From assembly GCA_001772615.1 (NCBI GenBank), contig MEUZ01000001.1, positions 189,483 to 253,482 on the forward strand: 64,000 nucleotides of DNA, written 5' to 3'. This document shows positions 19,803 to 29,136 of the stretch, in pieces; the first letter of the stretch is position 1; every line of letters begins with the position of its first letter. A program made the translations under genes and the position numbers. The stretch comes from a candidate division WWE3 bacterium RIFCSPHIGHO2_01_FULL_40_23. Its GTDB lineage: Bacteria > Patescibacteriota > WWE3 > UBA101185 > 2-01-FULL-41-18. Below the pieces are notes generated by a model. That model saw only the letters and a program-made list of their open reading frames with translations. It was not told the origin of the DNA and searched no databases.

Positions 19803-21095
19803 ATGAGAAAAGTTGCAACACTTCACAACCTAATGGTTTATCTTTTCCACTTCCTTGTTTGCGTCACCCCCCTGATATTTTTTAAGGGGGTTAACGAAAT
19901 ATTTGAATTCCCAAAAATGACTTTTGTTTATCTTTGCGTTTCATTAATATTTCTTCTTTTTAGTTGTAAAAGAATTCTTGCAAACGATTTTAAATTTAAA
20001 TTTAGTAGGTTCTTTATTCCAGTTTCTCTTTTTCTTCTAGCTAATACACTTTCAACGCTATTTTCAATAGGAACCTATACTTCAATCTGGGGCTATTACA
20101 CAAGATTTAACGGAGGCCTTGTTTCAATCATTATTTTTACAATTATGTATTTTATTTTTATAAACGAGTTAAGTGCTGAAGAAAGAGAAAGCGTTTTAAG
20201 AACTATAATTCTTGGGTCAATACCCGTTTCTCTTTACGGGATAGCGCAAAACCTTGGGTATGAAAAGGGGTACTGGGAAGAGGACTCACAGGCAAGGGTG
20301 TTTGCGACTCTCGGTCAGCCTAATTGGCTCGCGGCTTATTTAATTCTCATAATCCCTCCGACGCTTTATAAAATGCTTTCAGTCAGAGACGAAAGAGCCA
20401 AACTCCTTTTTTTTCTGGTTGCGGCTATGGCGTATGCCTCTCTCTGGTTTACATATTCTTTGTCGGGACTTTTAGGATTCGGGGTATCCATGATTCTCTT
20501 TTCAACTTTTGTGGACAAAGCCGTAGTTAAACACAACTTGAGATTTGTAATGTCTCTTGTATTTGTTTTCCTTTTAATAAGCTTTTTAAGACCTGGTGTC
20601 ATTAAGCCTAAGGTCATTGATTCAATAAATGACATCAGGAAAAAGTTTTCGGTAAGTTTTGCAGCTTATGCCGATGAAGACACTTCTGAAAAAAGATTCG
20701 GTGACACTACGGCAATAAGACTTGGAATTTGGGAGGGAACAAAAAGTTTAATATTTGCTTCTCCTAAAAACTTTCTTATTGGAACAGGGCCTGAAACATT
20801 TCCTTATGCTTTTTTAAAGTACAGACCCAAAGAGCTCAACCAGACAACAGAGTGGAATTTTGTGTTTAACAAACCACATAACTTTTATCTTGAGATTTTT
20901 TCAAACCTTGGACTGTTTGGTTTTTTCTCTTATCTTCTTATCATAAAAACAGTTTTGTTCAAGCTTAAAGAAAAGACTAACTTTCATCTTGCTTCGGGTC
21001 TTTCGGCTTTATTTGTAAGTGATTTCTTCGGCTGGCATACCGTTACCGCAAGCATGCTTTTGTATTTATTCCTTGGGTTGATGGAAGATTCTTAA
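19803..21095 (+). CDS. O-antigen ligase / Wzy-like polytopic membrane protein
   Basis: About 10 TM helices; Wzy_C-like motif NKPHNFYLEIFSNLGLFGF. Start taken at M 19803, right after the upstream stop. Confidence 0.65.
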   Translation: MRKVATLHNLMVYLFHFLVCVTPLIFFKGVNEIFEFPKMTFVYLCVSLIFLLFSCKRILANDFKFKFSRFFIPVSLFLLANTLSTLFSIGTYTSIWGYYTRFNGGLVSIIIFTIMYFIFINELSAEERESVLRTIILGSIPVSLYGIAQNLGYEKGYWEEDSQARVFATLGQPNWLAAYLILIIPPTLYKMLSVRDERAKLLFFLVAAMAYASLWFTYSLSGLLGFGVSMILFSTFVDKAVVKHNLRFVMSLVFVFLLISFLRPGVIKPKVIDSINDIRKKFSVSFAAYADEDTSEKRFGDTTAIRLGIWEGTKSLIFASPKNFLIGTGPETFPYAFLKYRPKELNQTTEWNFVFNKPHNFYLEIFSNLGLFGFFSYLLIIKTVLFKLKEKTNFHLASGLSALFVSDFFGWHTVTASMLLYLFLGLMEDS

Positions 21096-21098
21096 AAG

Positions 21099-21716
21099 GT
21101 GGATAAAAAAATAAAAGCTGTTTTGCTTACGATAACACTTTTAATTTATGTTTCATTTACCGTTAAGGTAATTAATATATTTCTTGCCGACTACTATCAC
21201 ATTAAAGGTAAAAAGCTTTTGTATAGGGGATACCTCTCGGAGGCAAATGACAATATTAATAAAGCCATAAAACTAAATTATGAAGAGCCGTCCTATCATA
21301 GGACTAATGCTGCTTTGTTTCTTGCTGCGCTCTCTTTAAAGGAAGGAGACATGCAAAAAATAAAACAATATGCCCTGTCGGAAATGGAAACCGCTTATAA
21401 TCTTCAGAAAATAAACCTTGTCAATCTTAAACACCTGCTCTCTCTTTATTATTACTTAAGTGTTGATGACGCTGTAGATCCGAGGGAAATTGATGATCGA
21501 TTAAAGACAAAAACAATGACCTTTTTTGAAGAGGTAAAGGACATTTCGCCAAATGACTCAAGCGTTTACCTTACGATCGGAAAATATTACGGACTGCTTA
21601 AGGAATATGAGTTGGCGGAAGAAGCTCTTGAGAAAGCCTTGAAGCTTAAGCCTGATCTAAAGGAGGCAAAAGATGAGCTTGATGCAGTCAGAGTTAAAAC
21701 AGGTTTTAAGGCCTGA
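21099..21716 (+). CDS. TPR-repeat protein with N-terminal TM anchor
   Basis: TM helix, then TPR-like repeats (…YYGLLKEYELAEEALEKALKLKPD…). Confidence 0.6.
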   Translation: MDKKIKAVLLTITLLIYVSFTVKVINIFLADYYHIKGKKLLYRGYLSEANDNINKAIKLNYEEPSYHRTNAALFLAALSLKEGDMQKIKQYALSEMETAYNLQKINLVNLKHLLSLYYYLSVDDAVDPREIDDRLKTKTMTFFEEVKDISPNDSSVYLTIGKYYGLLKEYELAEEALEKALKLKPDLKEAKDELDAVRVKTGFKA

Positions 21717-22839
21717 CCTCAACCACATAAGAAGAGGATACCCAACCTTCTTTACCGTCTCCAAAAAGCACTTTAAGCCATTCCGTTCTTTCCTCAAGGA
21801 CAGACACCTCATCACCGCTGTTTATTCTCCCTATTTCGCTCGCGGTCAAACTCGGCTCTGATCTCACCCTTAACCAGCCTGTACCTGTGGATAGGACCTT
21901 CACTTTCTTACCTATAAGGTCAATACCAGTAAACCTTTCAAGTGCAGTTTTAGCCTCATTGGTCAATCCACTATCGGATTTCCTTCCAAGGTAAGCTATT
22001 GTATCACCGGCTTTCAAGGCAAATTTATCATTTCCCGTAACGGGACTGCCGTCCGCTCCATAAATATTCCCAAGGTAGTCAATAAAATATGAGAATTTAA
22101 GAGCTGTGTTTCTTGTTTTATTCCAGTAAACAATCCCGTTTACCCAAAGAGGAACATCCAGGGTTAACTCATTAAGATCGGAAGAAAGATCATAAACAAC
22201 TTTAGACCCCGGGATGACAGCCGACTTATCAGGGACCGGAATTAGAAAGAGCTGAACCGAAACATTAAGTTTGTAGTTCTTCTTTATTTTAACTCTTGCC
22301 GTTTGAGGCTCAAAACCCGCTTTTTCCACGCGAAGGTCATACTCCCCATCGGAAAGAACTGATGACGAATATGGTGTCTTTCCAACCTCGGCGTCGTCAA
22401 TAAAAACGGTTGCCTGCGATGGTTCCGAAACAAGGCTTATTTTTGAACTTAAATCTTTATAATCAATCCAAAAATTCTGCCCTGAAGAAAAGCTTCTTGA
22501 AATGCCAAGATCCCTATTAATAACGACTTGGGGAACTTCTCTTGAGTTTGTCGTAAAGGGAATCGTCGCTTCATATGAATTTAAAGGCCCTTTAACCTTT
22601 ACCAAGTGTGAGCCGGGTTTTACTTCCCACGACTGGTAAGGAGTATTGCCAAGCTTACTATCATCAAAATAAACTTCTGCATCCCCGTAAGAAACACTAA
22701 CCGAAAGGCCCGATTGCCCCCAAAAAGCGCTTCTATGTCTATAAACTTTATAAAGCAGGAATGCCGAAGTTAAAATGCCCGCAGTAATAAGTAAAATAAA
22801 AAGGGCTTTTTTACCTTTTTCGTTCGTATCCGTCAACAT
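21706..22839 (-). CDS. Membrane-anchored protein with two PEGA domains and a C-terminal SH3b domain
   Basis: PEGA-like EVYFDDSKLGNTPY and VFIDDAEVGKTPY…EKAGFEP; SH3b GWLRVRSEPS…GWVSSSYV. Start at MLTDTNEKGKK (22839) so that it does not overlap the tRNA. Confidence 0.65.
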   Translation of the reverse strand: MLTDTNEKGKKALFILLITAGILTSAFLLYKVYRHRSAFWGQSGLSVSVSYGDAEVYFDDSKLGNTPYQSWEVKPGSHLVKVKGPLNSYEATIPFTTNSREVPQVVINRDLGISRSFSSGQNFWIDYKDLSSKISLVSEPSQATVFIDDAEVGKTPYSSSVLSDGEYDLRVEKAGFEPQTARVKIKKNYKLNVSVQLFLIPVPDKSAVIPGSKVVYDLSSDLNELTLDVPLWVNGIVYWNKTRNTALKFSYFIDYLGNIYGADGSPVTGNDKFALKAGDTIAYLGRKSDSGLTNEAKTALERFTGIDLIGKKVKVLSTGTGWLRVRSEPSLTASEIGRINSGDEVSVLEERTEWLKVLFGDGKEGWVSSSYVVEVRP

Positions 22840-22862
22840 TGGTTGTATAATATACCAGTCAG

Positions 22863-22936
22863 GGCCTGATCGCCAAGTGGTAAGGCAGGAGTCTGCAAAA
22901 CTCTTATCGGCGGTTCGATTCCGCCTCAGGCCTCCA
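22863..22936 (+). tRNA. tRNA-Cys (GCA)
   Basis: Acceptor stem GGCCTGA/TCAGGCC, discriminator T and encoded CCA; anticodon loop CTGCAAA; T-arm GCGGTTCGATTCCGC. Confidence 0.85.
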
Positions 22937-22956
22937 GGATCTGTACAAAGTTTATT
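22915..22956 (+). repeat. Direct repeat copy 1: 22-nt 3' end of tRNA-Cys plus 20 nt downstream (att-like)
   Basis: TCGATTCCGCCTCAGGCCTCCAGGATCTGTACAAAGTTTATT, identical to 23097-23138. Confidence 0.9.
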
Positions 22957-23096
22957 GGATAGAACACAAAAGCAAAAAGTCACGATAAACGGAATCGAAC
23001 TGCCGGACTGAGGAACGAAGTGACGAGGGAGGCGGGCTCGCGGGATTTAGAAGCTGTTATGAGCAAAGCGAATTACAGATTCTTAATACACGTGAG

Positions 23097-23138
23097 TCGA
23101 TTCCGCCTCAGGCCTCCAGGATCTGTACAAAGTTTATT
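23097..23138 (+). repeat. Direct repeat copy 2 (att-like duplicate of the tRNA-Cys 3' end)
   Basis: Exact 42-nt copy 141 bp downstream of copy 1. Confidence 0.9.
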
Positions 23139-23146
23139 ATCTAGCG

Positions 23147-24135
23147 TGCACAAATTTATTGAAAACCACTTAAGACATAGAACTTTTAAGGATTTCTACC
23201 AATCGGATATTACATCCGTTGAAGAGGATATAGCCACAAGCGGGATAGCGGAAGTCTTTGCGCCGGTAATACTTAGAGCGTTGTTTTGGGCGGCCCTTAC
23301 CTTACCTGCCGTCGTAAGCTTAAACACCTCAAACGTTGCTTTATTCCTTACACCAATAGCCTTTGTTGCGGGTTCCGCATGGTTCATACTGTCCCTATCA
23401 ACAATAAAACTGAAATTTAAACATTTTGCAGGGGACATCACAAAAAACATTTTTGAGAGCTTTCTTACCTCTCTTCTTATAATGCTGTTTATAGCTCTGT
23501 TTGCCTTAAACACATCGGCAGTAACCATTGAATATACGCTGCAAAGTAACACTTATTTTAAAATCTTTTCAGCCGTACTTGCTTCCATTGTCACAATAAG
23601 AATCGTTTATTTAATCGTTGTAGGATCCATCCAATATGCAACAAACGACGCCATGCTAACCGGCCAGCGGGAGCTTATGCAGGAGTACTTCAGGCGATCA
23701 CTCTCGTTTACATACATGGTTGCAGATTTAATCCGCAAGGAGCCCGATATAAAAGTAACAAACTATTACATCAGCGACGCCTTTTCACGAATTTTTAATG
23801 TTGCAAAACACCACCTTGTTAACAGAGCCAAACCGGGTTTTGAAGAAAAAGTAAAGGAAATTGAAGAGTTAAATAAAGACGCTCTTGCTGTTTTATCAAA
23901 CCCCGAAAGAGACCAGGACGAAGTCAATAAAACGTTCTTAACTTTGCTTCTGGGGTTTAAAAAATTATTAAATACCAAAAACAAGTCGGCCCGAAAGATA
24001 AGCTATGTGGAGATTGAAATTGACTGCCTGGAGAAAAATAAAGACTCGCATAGAGTGATTGCGTTAAGATACGCAACTATTTTCGCTCTGATTTACGAGA
24101 TTTTGCAGGATGAGGGCGAGGACATCTTCCTGTAA
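23147..24135 (+). CDS. Polytopic membrane protein (hypothetical)
   Basis: The track ORF (23020) reads through the direct repeat. A GTG at 23147 just after the repeat is the first plausible start. Five or six TM helices, C-terminal soluble region. Confidence 0.45.
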
Positions 24136-24139
24136 CCAT

Positions 24140-25603
24140 ATGAGATTAAGATTGATCATATTCACCCTTTTAGTACTCGGAGCTGTTGCGATCTTTTCAA
24201 GTCTTCAGAGGAAACATGATAAAGTAGATAAGAACGGAGCTTCTCCAACCAAGGATGCCAAAGAGGAACTAGTCCCCACTCCCGATTCCGACCAGAGTGC
24301 CCTCTTACAAAAAGGGCCGCTCATAGCACCTCCGCAACAAGACATCTACGCCAACACTTTTGAGCGTTTTAGCTATCGCTTACCTTTCATTAAACCCGAG
24401 TACATAGATTCAAATAGAGGCTTTGGTTATTGTTATCCGGGAGAGAAGGAGTGTCAGGAAAAGTTTGATGCGTCAAAGTATTTTATAAAACAGTACACAA
24501 TCGACGGGAATTTGGAAATCCAATTTATTCCTGTTGAGAATAAGCTGTACGAAATTCCCATCTGGGCTATACACAGCACATCATATGATAAATTAATCCT
24601 CAAGATCAAAGCCGGTGAAGATCTAGGAAGCCCCTGGTCTTCCAGAGTTTACAGTGATAGCACATCTTTGCCGTTTTATCCAAAAACCGCTTGTAATGTG
24701 GCTAAATTCGTAAGGGCATACAACCCATATTCCTGCAAGCCATACTCCTATAGAGCTAGAGGTAATATAAAACTTGGAATTATCGAGTTTATGCTCCCTA
24801 ATACTAAACTTCCAGCAGCCTTCGGTAAAAACTATGCAGACTACCTGAACGACTCAAGACAAACTTACAGCTTATGCGTACTGAATTATGACAACAACTG
24901 CGCTCCAGGCAACGCCACAAACACACACTATTCATTTAGATACCTGAACAAGTTCTACAAAGAAGAAGCAATAAAACACAAATTTTCAGATATTAATTTT
25001 GAGATCTCTACCTTTGGGCCATTTAAAATCCCTTCTATACCTAGATATGGCTATGATAGAGATATGAGGTACCTGAACAAACTCTTCAGAGAAGCATCCA
25101 AAACAAATGGGGTAAACCTGGACAAATTTGACCTGCTTGCTTTTGTCTTCTTTGACGATTTGAGGGAAACCCCTAAAAAGTACGCTTTTGTCTCAACAGT
25201 GTATGAAAATGCCGCTTTTATTAATATAGTTGGGATAGAGCCTACAGTAGTTGACGGCAAGGAGGTTTGGTTTCTGCCTAATGGTGATACGGATGTAGAA
25301 ACCCTAATCCATGAATTAGGACATGTATTAGGTGCAGACGATAAATACAGTTTGGTAAGCCCAGGTAGTATAGCGACAACTTGCAGAAGAGAAGGTCTTG
25401 GGGATCCGGATAAAAAACCGCTTTTTCCCCAAGAAACAGCGGACGTCTACTGTGGAAAGATATTTGAAACCAAAGAAGCATTTGAAAACCCTAAAGGCGG
25501 AAGTGATGGGACATATCAAGCTGTTCTAAACAGTGATATAAATGCTAAAGGAAGACTTGTAATAAATAGATATACCGCCAAAGAATTAGGTTGGATAGAT
25601 TGA
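24140..25603 (+). CDS. Secreted zinc-metalloprotease-like protein (HExxH zincin)
   Basis: Signal or anchor MRLRLIIFTLLVLGAVAIF; many Cys and Tyr; TLIHELGHVLGADDKYS motif near the C-terminus. Confidence 0.55.
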   Translation: MRLRLIIFTLLVLGAVAIFSSLQRKHDKVDKNGASPTKDAKEELVPTPDSDQSALLQKGPLIAPPQQDIYANTFERFSYRLPFIKPEYIDSNRGFGYCYPGEKECQEKFDASKYFIKQYTIDGNLEIQFIPVENKLYEIPIWAIHSTSYDKLILKIKAGEDLGSPWSSRVYSDSTSLPFYPKTACNVAKFVRAYNPYSCKPYSYRARGNIKLGIIEFMLPNTKLPAAFGKNYADYLNDSRQTYSLCVLNYDNNCAPGNATNTHYSFRYLNKFYKEEAIKHKFSDINFEISTFGPFKIPSIPRYGYDRDMRYLNKLFREASKTNGVNLDKFDLLAFVFFDDLRETPKKYAFVSTVYENAAFINIVGIEPTVVDGKEVWFLPNGDTDVETLIHELGHVLGADDKYSLVSPGSIATTCRREGLGDPDKKPLFPQETADVYCGKIFETKEAFENPKGGSDGTYQAVLNSDINAKGRLVINRYTAKELGWID

Positions 25604-25617
25604 GCAAAAGTCCTGAC

Positions 25618-26244
25618 CTACATAAAAGACTGGAGGATCATTTTGTAAAACTTCTTCTGGTTTAGGTAGTGATCAACAATAATAAATTCAATTCCCGCGT
25701 TTGTGGCAAACTGGTAATCGGTCTGGGAATCCCCGAAATAAATGCAGTCCTCTTTTTTGGACCCGCTTTTGTTAATTATCATGTCAAGGCAGAAAGGGTC
25801 GGGCTTTTCATGGCCTTCATCAGTGCAGGAAACAACATAGTTCAGGTATTGCGACAGGCCATTGTTTTCCATTATCTTGTTTAAAGATCCGTACTGCCTG
25901 TTGGTGCAGACGGATACTATCCTCCCCTCTTTATTGAGCGTTTTAATAATATCCGAAACTGCGTCAAATATTTCAATTTTATCTATGTTTTTTATGTGCA
26001 AGTCTTCGTTTTCCTTAACGAGAACGTGGGGGTTAAGCTTTAAACCGAAATGCAAAATCGCTTCATCAAACTGAAGATGCATTGCTGTTCCTCTTGATTT
26101 GAAATGAAGGTCTCTTAAGTATAGGTCCACTTCATAATGCTTGATGTCAATATATTTATCAAAGGTGTCAACAAACATCTGCTGGTTGAATTCGTATGAA
26201 TTTGTGATGGTGTCGTCAACATCAAAAATAAAATGTTTTTTCAC
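25618..26244 (-). CDS. HAD-superfamily hydrolase
   Basis: Motif I FDVDDTIT, motif II VCTN, and motif III K…YFGDSQTD. Confidence 0.8.
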   Translation of the reverse strand: MKKHFIFDVDDTITNSYEFNQQMFVDTFDKYIDIKHYEVDLYLRDLHFKSRGTAMHLQFDEAILHFGLKLNPHVLVKENEDLHIKNIDKIEIFDAVSDIIKTLNKEGRIVSVCTNRQYGSLNKIMENNGLSQYLNYVVSCTDEGHEKPDPFCLDMIINKSGSKKEDCIYFGDSQTDYQFATNAGIEFIIVDHYLNQKKFYKMILQSFM

Positions 26245-26292
26245 GGGTGTAATTATACGTCTTTTTAATAGGGTTGTCGTTTGTTATTAGTT

Positions 26293-26362
26293 TGTCATCC
26301 CGGCGAAAGCAGGGATCCTGAATCAAGTTCAGGATGACAAGGGCCCAAGCCCGGGATGACAA
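26293..26362. repeat. Structured palindromic element, copy D
   Basis: TGTCATCCCGGCGAAAGCAGGGATCCTGAATCAAGTTCAGGATGACAAGGGCCCAAGCCCGGGATGACAA. Confidence 0.7.
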
Positions 26363-26455
26363 AAGGTCCGCGACACAACGGACTAAGTCTAAACAAAAAG
26401 GAGGTGGACTGCAGTCAATACACCTCCTTAAAAATCCTTTGTCAACTTATGGGGT

Positions 26456-27742
26456 TTACCAGCTTCCAGAATCAGATCCGCCGGTATCCCAACTACCGCT
26501 ATCGCTACCGCCTCCCGTATCCCATGATCCAGAGTCACTGCCTGAGTCCCAACCGCCATCGGAATCGGAACCCCAGCTACCCGAATCCGTACCTCCGCTG
26601 TCCCAGCTCCCACCAGAGTCGGAGTCATCATCAGACGAATCAAACAATGATGTGCTTGAGGACGACGAGGGCTCCGGAGTGCTCGTCGGCTCGGGTGTAT
26701 TAGTCGGAAGTGGCGTGGGTGTAGGCGTTGCGGCAAGATCAGTAGCGTCTTCAGCTTTCTTAATCGCCGAGTCCGCATAAGCCATCGACGCAATGAAATC
26801 CTCGCCGTAGCAGGCTTGCCGTGCCTTCGCAACCTCCCCCTTGGCCTCCGCCAATTTGTTCTTGGCATTAACTTTATTATAGGAACTTGCGGCCACGTAA
26901 GTTATCGTGTCTGTAATTTCCTTGTCCGCCGAGATAATCTGGGTGTACGCAGTAACCACATTGGCACTGTCCACATCAGCGCGAATCCTAGCAGTAGCAA
27001 TGAGCTCCTCTGCCTTTTTGCCCTCATCGTACACCGCTGGCTTATCAATGATTCCCTCTACGGGAGTTTGAAAAGCGCGGAAGGCTACTGCGAGCTGAAC
27101 CTGTCCATTCTGTAGGGTAAAATAGGAGGCGCTGAATGTTTGAACCTTTCGATTCGGTTCATCGCATAGCACCTTCCTTGGAAGCTCATCAATGTATTGC
27201 CGCGTGGAGGTGATGGAATCACCAACCTTCACAAGATAACCGCTGTCAATATCCATTGCCTTGCGGTCAAGCTCAAGAAGGTAAGCTCTCGCATTACCCT
27301 CGGCGAGCTCGTTTACCACGACAGTCGGCTGCAAGGCCTCGTTCAGACTTTTTAGGTCCGCGTAAGCTCCATCCCAGTTTTTTGATTCCTGATCTTCGTC
27401 AAGGGCAAGTAGAAGATCGGAAATCCTTCCCTTCGGAGCCAATAACTCATCGGCGTTTGACAACTGCCGCGAGTAATCAGCCGTGTAGTAGGAAGGGAAC
27501 TTGGGAGGCTTGTGTGCGTCAAGAACCTGATGCGCCTCCGGAAGATTCTCCGTCAGCTCCTGAACCTGAAAGCGGATGCCATCCTCCCGCCTTTGAACAT
27601 CCATCGCCTTGGCGGGGGATAAAATTGAGGGGCCAAACATGATGGCCGCGCCGGCAAACATCATCAGGATTCCCGAAACCACCCACCGCCACCAATTCTC
27701 AAAATCAAAGTACCTATCGAGTATTTTCGACAGTTCGTCCAC
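26456..27742 (-). CDS. Membrane-anchored protein with C-terminal (D/S/G)-S-G-S-W repeat tail (hypothetical)
   Basis: TM near the N-terminus, about 300-aa helical domain, TPTPTP linker, then seven WD/WG-spaced DSGSW repeats at the C-terminus. GC-rich. Confidence 0.55.
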   Translation of the reverse strand: MDELSKILDRYFDFENWWRWVVSGILMMFAGAAIMFGPSILSPAKAMDVQRREDGIRFQVQELTENLPEAHQVLDAHKPPKFPSYYTADYSRQLSNADELLAPKGRISDLLLALDEDQESKNWDGAYADLKSLNEALQPTVVVNELAEGNARAYLLELDRKAMDIDSGYLVKVGDSITSTRQYIDELPRKVLCDEPNRKVQTFSASYFTLQNGQVQLAVAFRAFQTPVEGIIDKPAVYDEGKKAEELIATARIRADVDSANVVTAYTQIISADKEITDTITYVAASSYNKVNAKNKLAEAKGEVAKARQACYGEDFIASMAYADSAIKKAEDATDLAATPTPTPLPTNTPEPTSTPEPSSSSSTSLFDSSDDDSDSGGSWDSGGTDSGSWGSDSDGGWDSGSDSGSWDTGGGSDSGSWDTGGSDSGSW

Positions 27743-27816
27743 TTTGTCCTCTCCTTTTTACGACAGATTAATTTTTGCTTTCGCAAACCGCCGGATTTAA
27801 CAACTCACAACCACCT

Positions 27817-27887
27817 TTGTCATCCCGGGTTTGACCCGGGATCCCGTTGGAGTTGCTGTAGAGATCCCTGCATCCGCAGGGATGACA
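27817..27887. repeat. Structured palindromic element, copy E
   Basis: TGTCA + ATCCCGGGTTTGACCCGGGAT + TCCCTGCATCCGCAGGGA + TGACA. Confidence 0.75.
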
Positions 27888-27964
27888 GGGGGTCGTGTTA
27901 AACTCGCCGGTTTACACACGAGAAAGTAAAACAAAACTTCCTCGTGTGAATGGTGGGCAGACCT

Positions 27965-28846
27965 TTAGAACGGAATCCCGCACTGCGTACAGGTTGTTGC
28001 GTTCGGAGCTTTCTGAACGCCGCAAGCAGGACAACGCGTTTTTGCTTCTTCAATCTGCTCTTGAAGCTTTGCCTGCCTCTGCTGACGTGCTTCCTCACCC
28101 TGCTTTTCCCAGTAAGCATCTTCATCAGGTTTCGCGGCTTTGTCCAAAGCACCCCACACCTGAAGCTTCAGGGTGAATACACTGAATTTACTTCCGATTC
28201 CTTGGGCAAGGTTGGAGGCAGTTGAGCCCATAAGGTCTGTGAGTGTGGACAGAATGTTCGAAGCGCCGCCAAACCGCCTGGCAATACTTGCTGCAGTACC
28301 GGCAATGTCCAACGCCGCAGTTGCGGCACCCTCAAGTTTGAGATTCCCAACGGAAACCGTGGTTGTCCCGTCACGATTTTCTGTAACGGAAACCTCAAGA
28401 ACTGGGACCCATCGCCCGCCAAGAAGCTGCTGAACGGTATAAGCCCCACCCGCAAATGAGCGGGCCACACGCGTATCATCATCTTCCAAAGCCACCAAGG
28501 CACGCTCAATTACATCAGCCCGGCAGTAGTAATTGTGTGGGTCAGGGTGGTACACAATTGCCGCGCCAACTCCCGCCCCGATTCCAACCACCCCGAGGAG
28601 GGTTCCCAACTCCCCGCTGACGCCGGCTCCGGAAGAAGTGGCTGAGGGCATAGAAGCAAATCTCTGTGAAAGAACCTTAAGCTCCGTTGCTTCCGCCTGT
28701 CTCTTTGGCTGCTTTGCCAATAGACCTTTGAGGATCTTCACCAAGCCATCCTGCGAAAGTTCCGCCCAAGCGTCCTTCATAGGACCCTCTTCAATCCCAT
28801 CCCAAATTGCCTTAAGATCGGAAGGTAGGGCATTAATATCCGCCAT
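27965..28846 (-). CDS. Hypothetical protein with C-terminal zinc ribbon
   Basis: 293 aa; Gly/Ala-rich centre, coiled coil, and CPACG…CTQCG at the C-terminus. GC-rich. Confidence 0.5.
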   Translation of the reverse strand: MADINALPSDLKAIWDGIEEGPMKDAWAELSQDGLVKILKGLLAKQPKRQAEATELKVLSQRFASMPSATSSGAGVSGELGTLLGVVGIGAGVGAAIVYHPDPHNYYCRADVIERALVALEDDDTRVARSFAGGAYTVQQLLGGRWVPVLEVSVTENRDGTTTVSVGNLKLEGAATAALDIAGTAASIARRFGGASNILSTLTDLMGSTASNLAQGIGSKFSVFTLKLQVWGALDKAAKPDEDAYWEKQGEEARQQRQAKLQEQIEEAKTRCPACGVQKAPNATTCTQCGIPF

Positions 28847-28967
28847 TCTCTCATCTCCTTATCTTTTCCTTATTGGTTTTGTAAAGTGTGAGTATTATAG
28901 GTTTTATGAATGCGGGTGTCAAAAACGAACCATGTTTTAAGATTCACTAACACTTTTGCGGGTACTG

Positions 28968-29064
28968 TCTGTCATCCCGGGCTTGACCCGGGATCTTATC
29001 GCGGGATTGTCATAGAGATCCCGGATCATGTGCCCGCCTTCGGCAGGCAGGTCCGGGATGACAA
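28968..29064. repeat. Structured palindromic element, copy F (double unit)
   Basis: CTGTCATCCCGGGCTTGACCCGGGATC… plus GATCCCGGATC… plus GTCCGGGATGACAA, between divergent genes. Confidence 0.75.
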
Positions 29065-29136
29065 TTGGAATAAACCTGAATAAAGATATAAAATATCCGA
29101 TAGCAAAACTATTACAAAGAAAAGAGGAAAGAGACC

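Noticed and set aside
22981-23050. Possible second tRNA on the minus strand between the two direct repeats (contains GTTCGATTCC).
   Set aside because: Cannot be folded into a cloverleaf (no matching T-stem or acceptor stem). Treated as a degenerate fragment, possibly a remnant of an old attachment site.
26334-26868. Plus-strand ORF 26334-26780 (P/S/E-rich) and minus-strand ORF 26428-26868 (Arg-rich), overlapping the DSGSW-protein gene.
   Set aside because: Both are alternative-frame or antisense readings of the repeat-rich 3' end of the 26456-27742 gene. The 26334 ORF starts inside a palindromic element (MTRAQARDDK is the element translated).
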